Of a stretch of DNA of 64,000 nt, positions 57,216 to 64,000 are shown in pieces. The notes under the pieces were generated by a model. The model saw only the letters and a list, made by a program, of their open reading frames with translations. It was not told the origin of the DNA and did no database searches. This stretch comes from Candidatus Falkowbacteria bacterium RIFOXYC2_FULL_36_12 (GTDB lineage Bacteria > Patescibacteriota > Patescibacteriia > UBA11705). The DNA lies in the NCBI GenBank assembly GCA_001778235.1, contig MFGJ01000001.1, positions 165,605-229,604 of the forward strand. The letters are read 5' to 3'. The position numbers and the translations under genes were made by a program. How positions within the stretch are numbered: position 1 is the first letter of the stretch; each line of letters starts with the position of its first letter.

Positions 57216-58235
57216 ATGTTTGGGAAGAGACCTTTTAAATTTTTCCACGATGGTTCACATCCTGATTTGGTTAGAATGATTTGTGAAAGACTTGGGCAAG
57301 AAGAAGGTAGGTTGAATTGGGAATTGCATTCACAGGGTGAGTTTAGGGTACAAATAGACGATAATATTCGACTTTGTGATAATTTTGTTTTTGGAACTCA
57401 TGCTGATCCGGTTCAAACATTTAATAATCGATTGAAGACACTATTGAGGACTATTCGTCGACATTCAGATGGTTGGAGAAAGTTGTTGAATCCGTATATG
57501 AAAAATATTCGTTCTGATCGAGAAGATGAAGCAAGAGTTTCAATTGGTGTAAGAGATGAGGCAGATGAATTATTCGCAGCTGGTGCGCAAAGTATTGTGA
57601 TTGCAGAACCACATTTCGAACAAGTTGTTGGAGTTTTTAATCCTGAAATGCAAGTAGATTTCATTTTTGGTACACCATACTTTGTTAATTATATTAAACA
57701 ACAAGGTCCTCTGAACAATGTTACGGTTGTTTCTGCAGATTTTGGTGGTGCAAAACGAGCTGGTCGAGTAGCTTCAAAGATTGGAGCTCCAATTGCATTT
57801 ATTGATAAGCGTAGAGATGATCATATGGAGAAAGTTGTTCCAGTGGCTGTTATTGGGGATGTAAAGGGAAGAGACTGTGTGATTCCAGATGATGAAGCTT
57901 GTAGCTTGGGAACTTTGATTGAAGATACAAAATATTTGCTTTTACATGGTGCAAGATCGGTAAAAGCTGTTATCACTCATCCGATATTGACACATCCAGA
58001 GAGAATGAGAGAATTGCAAGCGATTGATGAGTTTAGTGAGTTGGTTGTTTGTAATACTGTGCCGGTGTCTGAAGAAAAAAGGAGTTGTTTACCAAAGATG
58101 AAAATTATTGATACTTCAAACGCCTGGGCGGAAGCGGTAAAATGTATTCGTGATGGTAATGGTTTTCGTGGTGGTCAGTCTGGACTATTGGCAAGAATGT
58201 ATGATGAAAAACAATTTCCAATTGAATTAATTTAA
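57216..58235 (+). CDS. Ribose-phosphate pyrophosphokinase (PRPP synthetase)-like, divergent
   Basis: AFIDKRRDDH...VIGDVKGRDCVIPDDEACSLGT...ITHPILT...VVCNTVPVS aligns with the Prs PRPP-binding and C-terminal motifs. DLHA is replaced by EPHF. SD aaggaggg lies upstream of ATG 57216. Confidence 0.6.
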   Translation: MFGKRPFKFFHDGSHPDLVRMICERLGQEEGRLNWELHSQGEFRVQIDDNIRLCDNFVFGTHADPVQTFNNRLKTLLRTIRRHSDGWRKLLNPYMKNIRSDREDEARVSIGVRDEADELFAAGAQSIVIAEPHFEQVVGVFNPEMQVDFIFGTPYFVNYIKQQGPLNNVTVVSADFGGAKRAGRVASKIGAPIAFIDKRRDDHMEKVVPVAVIGDVKGRDCVIPDDEACSLGTLIEDTKYLLLHGARSVKAVITHPILTHPERMRELQAIDEFSELVVCNTVPVSEEKRSCLPKMKIIDTSNAWAEAVKCIRDGNGFRGGQSGLLARMYDEKQFPIELI

Positions 58236-58289
58236 GTCAGAGTAGTGTAAAATCACTACTTTTTGTTTTAATTTGTGATTGAGTTGGGT

Positions 58290-58350
58290 GAGTGGTGGGA
58301 CCACCCCGAGCAAAGAGGAACAGACCCCTCCTTGGAAAGGAGGGGATGGT
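58290..58350 (+). repeat. REP-A hairpin element, copy 4 (shorter variant cccctccttggaaaggagggg)
   Basis: gggaccaccccgagcaaagaggaacagacccctccttggaaaggaggggatggtga. Confidence 0.6.
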
Positions 58351-58471
58351 GATTGAGCTGGAAATTTTTGTGGAAAATGATATAATTTAATTATTAAATT
58401 ACGAAAATTAGAAGATGTGAGTTACGAAATTACGAAAGATTACCTGCCGGCAGGTAGGCAAAAATTAGAAT

Positions 58472-61252
58472 ATGAGTAAAAAGAAAAAATTTGTGATATT
58501 TGATGGTAATGCTGTGGTGCATCGGGCATTTCATGCTTTACCGCCATTAAAAACAAAAGATGGCCGTCTAGTCAATGCGGTTTTTGGTTTTACATCAATA
58601 TTGTTAAAAGCAATGAAAGAATTGAAACCTGATTATATTGCGGTTACTTTTGATTTGAAAGGTAAAACTTTTCGTCATGAAAAATTTGCAGAGTATAAAG
58701 CAACTAGAGTAAAACAAGCTGATGAACTGTATGAACAATTTCCGATAGTAAAGGATGTTGTCAGAGCTTTTAATATAAATATTTATGAAAAACAGGGGTT
58801 TGAAGCGGATGATTTGATTGGGACGCTTTGTGATAAGAAACAAGTAAATCGAGATGATGTTACCAGCGTGATTGTGACTGGTGATATGGATACCTTGCAA
58901 CTGGTTGATGACAACACAGAGGTGTTTACTTTGCGAAAAGGTATGACTGATACGGTGATCTATGATGAAAAAGCTGTGAAAGAAAAGTTTGATGGACTTG
59001 GTCCGGATCAAATGATTGATTATAAGGCTTTGCGAGGAGATCCGTCAGATAATATTCCTGGGGTGAAAGGAATTGGGGAGAAGACAGCGATAGAGCTATT
59101 GAAACAATTTGGTAGTTTGGAAAAATTGTATAAAGAAATAAAGCAAGAAAGCAAAAAAACAATAAATCAAATTAAGGAACGAGTGAGGAATTTGTTGATT
59201 GAACATGAGAAGGATGCGTTTATGAGTCAGGATTTGGCGCGGATTAGGAGAGATGTGAAGGTGAAATTTAATTTGGAGGATAATAAGGTGAAAGATTATG
59301 ATAAGAAGAAAATTTTAGAGTTGTTTTCGGAGTTGCAATTCAATAGTTTGCTTAGTAGGTTGCCGGAGCAAGAAGGAGGTCAGAAAGATTTATTTGGGAA
59401 GGTTGATATAGTTTCGGAAGTGGAATATACGGGTGATAGAGGTGAGTATAAATTAATTGATAATGAGATTGCTTTTGCAAAGTTTTTGGGAGAATTAAAA
59501 CAGCAAAAAGTTTTTTGTTTTGATACAGAGACAGATTCTCTAGATGCGATGAATGCAAAACTTCTAGGAATTAGTTTTTGTTGGAAAGAAGGTGAAGCCT
59601 ATTATGTAAGTTACGGATTTACGAAAATTACAGATACTACAGATGATAATAACTGGTTAAAAAAATTGAAACCAATATTTGAGGATGAAAAAGTGAAAAA
59701 AGTGGCACATAATATGAAGTTTGATGCTAAACAGTTGAAGCTAAATGGGATAGAAATGAAAGGTTTTTATTTTGATACGATGATTGCATCATATTTGTTA
59801 AATTCTGGTTCTAGGCAACATGGTCTTGATGCTCTGGCGCTTGAAGAGCTTCGACATGAGATGATTCCGATCAAAGCTTTGATTGGTGAAGGTAAAAAAG
59901 CGATTTCATTGGCAGAGGTTGATGTTGCCAAGGTGGCTGAATATTCAGGTGAGGATGCGGATTTCACCTGGAGGCTTTATAAAAAATTTGAACCAAGATT
60001 GAAAAAAGAAAATTTATATAAGTTGTTTGAAACAATTGAAATGCCATTGGTGCAGGTGTTGCTTGAGATGGAAGTGAACGGTATAAAACTGGATGTTGAC
60101 CATTTGATGAAAGTTGGCAAGAAAGTGGATGCGAGAATTATAATTTTGGAAAAAGAAATCCAAGAATTAGCTGGAATGGAGTTTAATGTTAGTTCACCAA
60201 AACAGTTAGCGGAAATTTTATTTGAAAAATTGGAGATTCCAACTCATGGTTTGAAGAAAACTAAGACTGGGATTTCAACTGCAGCGCCTGAACTGGAAAA
60301 ATTGAGAGGACAACATAAGATTATTGATTTAATTTCAGAATATAGGGAATTAACAAAACTAAAATCAACATATATTGATGCTCTGCCAAAAATGATTGAT
60401 AAAAAAACTGGTAGAATTCATACCAATTTTAATCAAGCGATTACTGCGACAGGTAGATTGTCATCATCTGATCCGAATTTGCAAAATATTCCGATAAGAA
60501 CTGAATTAGGTCGTGAAATGAGAAAAGCATTTGTGTCAGACCGCGGTAACAAGCTCATTGCTGCTGATTATTCTCAAATTGAACTTCGAGTTGTAGCTTG
60601 TTTGGCCAAGGATCAAAATATGATGGAAGTTTTTAAACAAGGAAAAGATATTCATAGTGCGACGGCGGCAAAAATTTTTGATGTTGAGGAAAAAGATGTG
60701 ACCAAAGATATGAGAAGGAAAGCCAAGGAAGTTAATTTTGGGGTGCTTTATGGACTTGGTTCAAGGGGGTTGGCTCAACGGACTGGGATTACAACGGCAG
60801 AAGCGCAGGAATTTATTCAAAAATATTTTGATAACTATAAAAAAGTAAAAGAGTACACTGAAGAAATGGTAGAAATGGCAAGAAAGACTCAATTGGCTGA
60901 AACAATGTTTGGTCGAGTGAGACATTTGCCGGATATAAATGCTAGTATGCCAATGCTTCGAGCAGCAGCAGAGAGAATTGCAGTAAATATGCCGATTCAG
61001 GGAACAGCAGCTGATCTGATGAAGATTGCCATGATTGAAGTTTATAAAGAATTGAAAAAAATATCTCCAGAGTCAAAAATGCTTTTACAGGTGCATGATG
61101 AATTGGTGATTGAGACTCCAAATAAGGAAGTAAAAAAAGTGGCAAAAGTGATTGATGAAAAGATGGAGAAAATTCATAAGCTGGCAGTGCCGATCAAGGT
61201 GGATATTGAGGTCGGGGGGAATTGGGATGAGATGGAACGAGTGGTGGAATAG
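58472..61252 (+). CDS. polA: DNA polymerase I
   Basis: 5'-nuclease N-terminus, 3'-5' exo-like middle, and pol domain motifs RRKAKEVNFGVLYG, QVHDELV. Confidence 0.9.
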   Translation: MSKKKKFVIFDGNAVVHRAFHALPPLKTKDGRLVNAVFGFTSILLKAMKELKPDYIAVTFDLKGKTFRHEKFAEYKATRVKQADELYEQFPIVKDVVRAFNINIYEKQGFEADDLIGTLCDKKQVNRDDVTSVIVTGDMDTLQLVDDNTEVFTLRKGMTDTVIYDEKAVKEKFDGLGPDQMIDYKALRGDPSDNIPGVKGIGEKTAIELLKQFGSLEKLYKEIKQESKKTINQIKERVRNLLIEHEKDAFMSQDLARIRRDVKVKFNLEDNKVKDYDKKKILELFSELQFNSLLSRLPEQEGGQKDLFGKVDIVSEVEYTGDRGEYKLIDNEIAFAKFLGELKQQKVFCFDTETDSLDAMNAKLLGISFCWKEGEAYYVSYGFTKITDTTDDNNWLKKLKPIFEDEKVKKVAHNMKFDAKQLKLNGIEMKGFYFDTMIASYLLNSGSRQHGLDALALEELRHEMIPIKALIGEGKKAISLAEVDVAKVAEYSGEDADFTWRLYKKFEPRLKKENLYKLFETIEMPLVQVLLEMEVNGIKLDVDHLMKVGKKVDARIIILEKEIQELAGMEFNVSSPKQLAEILFEKLEIPTHGLKKTKTGISTAAPELEKLRGQHKIIDLISEYRELTKLKSTYIDALPKMIDKKTGRIHTNFNQAITATGRLSSSDPNLQNIPIRTELGREMRKAFVSDRGNKLIAADYSQIELRVVACLAKDQNMMEVFKQGKDIHSATAAKIFDVEEKDVTKDMRRKAKEVNFGVLYGLGSRGLAQRTGITTAEAQEFIQKYFDNYKKVKEYTEEMVEMARKTQLAETMFGRVRHLPDINASMPMLRAAAERIAVNMPIQGTAADLMKIAMIEVYKELKKISPESKMLLQVHDELVIETPNKEVKKVAKVIDEKMEKIHKLAVPIKVDIEVGGNWDEMERVVE

Positions 61253-61349
61253 TGTAATATTGAAATAATGTTGAAAATAAGTGGTAATATAGTTGGAAAT
61301 AGTGAAATAGTGTAAGGATGATTTTTGGGGTTTATTTAAAGTTTGTATT

Positions 61350-62342
61350 ATGGAAAAGAAAAAGCAAATATTTTTATGGTATGGTCAGAATAATTTTGAT
61401 CTTCAGCAAACCATGCAACAGTGGATGAGTTTATTTGAAAAAAAATATTCAGGATTTAATATTGTTCGGCTTGATGTGGATGAAAAACAAGTTAAAGGAA
61501 AATTTGTTACTGATTTAAAAACTGCTTTGCAGGTTGACTCATTGTTTGGGGCGAATAAACTAATCATTGTAAAAAATTTGTTAATACCAGCGAATCTGAA
61601 AGAGGAAGTTGAGGAATTGCTGTTTTCAAGTTTAGAAAAAATATCTGATAGTTTCTTTCTAATTTTTGTTCAGGATAAGAAACCGGATGCTAGGAGTAAG
61701 GTGTTTAAATTTTTGAAATCTCTGGAAAAAACAAATTTAGTAGAAATAAAAGAGTTTTTGGCGCCAAGACCATTTGAGTTAAACAACTGGATATTGAAAC
61801 GAGTTGAATATTACAAGGGAAAAATTGAAAACAAAGCTGTTGAGATGATGTCAGCTCTGGTTGGGCCGGATTTGTGGCTACTAGATAGTGAAATTCAAAA
61901 ATTAATTGCCTATGCTGAAGATGGGATGATTTCAGCTGATGATGTAAAGAAAATGGTAAAAGGTAAATATAATGAAGATATATTTCAATTGATGGATGCT
62001 ATCAGCCAGAAAAATAAAGTTAAAGCTTGGAAGTTAATCAGGGATCAGCTTGATAGCGGAGCTAATGAGATTTATTTGTTTACTATGCTGGTGCGACAAT
62101 TCAGATTATTGCGACAAATAAAAATATTTGTTACAGAAAAAAAAGTTAGTGATAGTCAAATTATTGCTCGAGAATTGAAAATACATCCTTTTGTGGTGCA
62201 AAAGATATTAGGACAGGTAAGTAGTTTTTCATTGGATCAATTAAAAGAAATATATAGACAACTTTTGGAATTTGAAATTGGTTTAAAAAATAAAAATTTT
62301 AAGTTTAATTTATTGTTTGACAAATTTATTACCCAATTATAA
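61350..62342 (+). CDS. holA: DNA polymerase III delta subunit (HolA-like)
   Basis: Size, N-terminal IFLWYGQNNFDL, and a helical C-terminal domain typical of delta. Moderate similarity only. Confidence 0.5.
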   Translation: MEKKKQIFLWYGQNNFDLQQTMQQWMSLFEKKYSGFNIVRLDVDEKQVKGKFVTDLKTALQVDSLFGANKLIIVKNLLIPANLKEEVEELLFSSLEKISDSFFLIFVQDKKPDARSKVFKFLKSLEKTNLVEIKEFLAPRPFELNNWILKRVEYYKGKIENKAVEMMSALVGPDLWLLDSEIQKLIAYAEDGMISADDVKKMVKGKYNEDIFQLMDAISQKNKVKAWKLIRDQLDSGANEIYLFTMLVRQFRLLRQIKIFVTEKKVSDSQIIARELKIHPFVVQKILGQVSSFSLDQLKEIYRQLLEFEIGLKNKNFKFNLLFDKFITQL

Positions 62343-62388
62343 GATTAATTATACCTTTGGTTCTAACAGCCAAAGGTAAGGGGGAATA

Positions 62389-63126
62389 GTGGATGAAATA
62401 ACCAGAGATTATGGTATTAGAATTGTAGGCTTTGGAAATGTTCTTTTTGTCTCACCACATAGCGCAGAAGGTTTTGAAGCGGGTGTAAACTATTTGGTGG
62501 CAAAAATTTGTGTAGCGACTGGAGCTTCGGCCATTATAAATACCCAAATTTTGCGTTCAAGAGTTGATTTGAATAGATTTGATCAGGTAAATGATAATTT
62601 TTTGATGGTTCCGGCGGTTGGGAAATATTTCAATGATTTGTGGCGGACAATTGTAGATTTGAAAGAAAAATTTGATCATCCGGTGGTTATTTTTATGCAT
62701 TTTTGTCCCCGAGTGTATATCAGACAAAGATGTTTGTATCAAAGGGTTGAGAATGGAGCTTTGGTGAAAAAACAAGTTGGTGAAAGCAGGGATTTTGATA
62801 TTGATATTGGTTGTGGTTTGACAATGATTAATTCAGGCACTTCAGGAATTTATGCCCCGGCAAAACAAATTATTCCGAGTCGTGGCAGAGGTAGACCAAC
62901 AATTGATTTGACTAGGTTGATTCAGATTCAAAATAGTTTGAGTCAGGGAAATCATTTGAAAGTAATGGTCGGTAGAGAGTGGGCGGCGGCTAACAGAGAA
63001 AATATGGTTCAGTGGTCAATCGAACATTATAATATTGATACTGTTCAGCTCGAAATATGTTCTGATGTAGCAGAAAGTGACAATGTTTTGTCTGTACTTT
63101 GTAAAATGGTAAATGATTTGAAATAA
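62389..63126 (+). CDS. Hypothetical protein (possible amidohydrolase-like; unassigned)
   Basis: ORF with a gggggaa RBS. Confidence 0.35.
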   Translation: MDEITRDYGIRIVGFGNVLFVSPHSAEGFEAGVNYLVAKICVATGASAIINTQILRSRVDLNRFDQVNDNFLMVPAVGKYFNDLWRTIVDLKEKFDHPVVIFMHFCPRVYIRQRCLYQRVENGALVKKQVGESRDFDIDIGCGLTMINSGTSGIYAPAKQIIPSRGRGRPTIDLTRLIQIQNSLSQGNHLKVMVGREWAAANRENMVQWSIEHYNIDTVQLEICSDVAESDNVLSVLCKMVNDLK

Positions 63127-63157
63127 CAAAAAACTCCTTATCAAGGAGCTTTTTTTA
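63127..63157. terminator. Bidirectional terminator aaaaaactcctt-atca-aggagttttttt between convergent genes
   Basis: Hairpin with T-runs on both strands. Confidence 0.65.
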
Positions 63158-63162
63158 TAGGG

Positions 63163-63432
63163 TTATTTTGAAGTTTTTTGTTTGTTTAGTTTTTTCATTA
63201 ATCTTGATTTGCGTCTAGCTACAGTATTTTTTTTCATGATTCCTTGTTTGATAGCTTTGTCTAAAAGTTTTTGAGCTTGTTTGATTTGAGCATCAATATC
63301 TTTGGCCTTGTTATCGATTGATTTACGAGTTTTCTTAACCAAAGTTTTTACAGTGCTTTTCAAAATCTTATTTTTTGCTTCGCGCTTTTTTGATTGTCGC
63401 AAAGCTTTTATGGCTTGTTGTTTTTGTGGCAT
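63163..63432 (-). CDS. rpsT: 30S ribosomal protein S20
   Basis: MPQKQQAIKALRQSKKREAKNK...KQGIMKKNTVARRKSRL. Confidence 0.85.
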   Translation of the reverse strand: MPQKQQAIKALRQSKKREAKNKILKSTVKTLVKKTRKSIDNKAKDIDAQIKQAQKLLDKAIKQGIMKKNTVARRKSRLMKKLNKQKTSK

Positions 63433-63686
63433 ATTTGATTGAGCGAGATAAGCAAGAACAGCAAGTACAGCAAGTACTGTACGGAATTTTGCTTAATTCG
63501 TTTGAAATTTAAAAATTTTCAGTATTTGATTAATAAATGTAACCCAGAGTATAAATGTCTGGATTGAGAACTGTGAGTATAATATAAAAAAGTTGATAAA
63601 TTGTCAAGTGGGAGCAAGTTTTGACTATTAGATTGAAGCTTGATACTATTCAAAGAGTTATTATTATGCAGGAAAGAGGGGGGAAA

Positions 63687-64000
63687 ATGCAAGGGAAAAA
63701 ATGTTCTTTTTGTGGTCAACCAATAGAAGTTGTAAAAAAGTTAATTCAAGGGGGGAAATTGCCAATTAAGACAATTTGTACAGATTGTGTGGCTCTGTGT
63801 AATCATGTTATTGCAGAGGAAACAAAATCAGGAATTGTAAAAGTGGTGTTGGTCAATGAAAAACATGTTGTTTTAATGTTGTCTGATGAGTTGAAGGTGA
63901 TCTTGAGTTTTGATGATAATCTTGAGGGTTTTTTGAAAATGTGGAGATTTTTATGCAATAATATTCTGGCTTCAGATGATGATGATATTGAGCCTAAATG
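63687..64000 (+). CDS. Protein with an N-terminal ClpX-type C4 zinc finger (CSFCG...CTDCVALCNHVIAEE). Not followed by an AAA+ module within 100 aa. 3' end truncated by the window edge.
   Basis: Motif match to the ClpX zinc-binding domain. SD gaaagaggggggaaa upstream. The ORF runs off the window. Confidence 0.4.
   Translation, partial: MQGKKCSFCGQPIEVVKKLIQGGKLPIKTICTDCVALCNHVIAEETKSGIVKVVLVNEKHVVLMLSDELKVILSFDDNLEGFLKMWRFLCNNILASDDDDIEPK

Overview
This 64-kb window is AT-rich and gene-dense with small genes, and looks like a Patescibacteria (CPR)-type chromosome. The evidence for that placement is sequence-only: an array of eight tandem small secreted pilin-like genes sharing a GGFxYMTAGGD...KAK...AYAI motif, a ~1.5-kb 16S rRNA with mismatches at the universal 515F and 1492R primer sites, and five tRNAs (Val, Ile, Phe, Pro, Gly) on the 16S strand with no 23S nearby. 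TGA is used as a stop, so the standard code applies. Housekeeping genes include galU, yebC-ruvC, a class A PBP, SMC, recQ, polA, holA, rpsT, and an rpsP-khpA-trmD operon whose interior is replaced by a repeat island. Two loci stand out as the candidates for an undescribed system. (1) At 17.5-23.3 kb, a PKD-domain 7-TM membrane protein is followed by four consecutive ATP-grasp amino-acid ligases: one fused to a DTGA retropepsin-like protease, one RimK-like, and two cyanophycin-synthetase-N-like; a fifth paralog sits at 4.8 kb. (2) At 51.2-56.3 kb, a tyrosine recombinase is transcribed divergently from five or six unrelated small genes, all on the opposite strand: an ANT(2'')/Lnu-like nucleotidyltransferase, a tiny TM protein, a HAD-like protein, a VanY/M15 peptidase, and a hypothetical. 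Each gene junction carries a GC-rich, strongly palindromic repeat with shared modules (three near-identical ~180-270-bp copies), giving an integron- or cassette-like architecture. The intergenic space is also unusually rich in structured repeat families: a 4-copy REP-like hairpin whose stem includes a Shine-Dalgarno-like AAGGAGG, mosaic MITE-like repeat islands, a ~170-bp direct repeat flanking a 3-gene block, short tandem repeats next to the pilin genes, and duplicated tRNA-end fragments.
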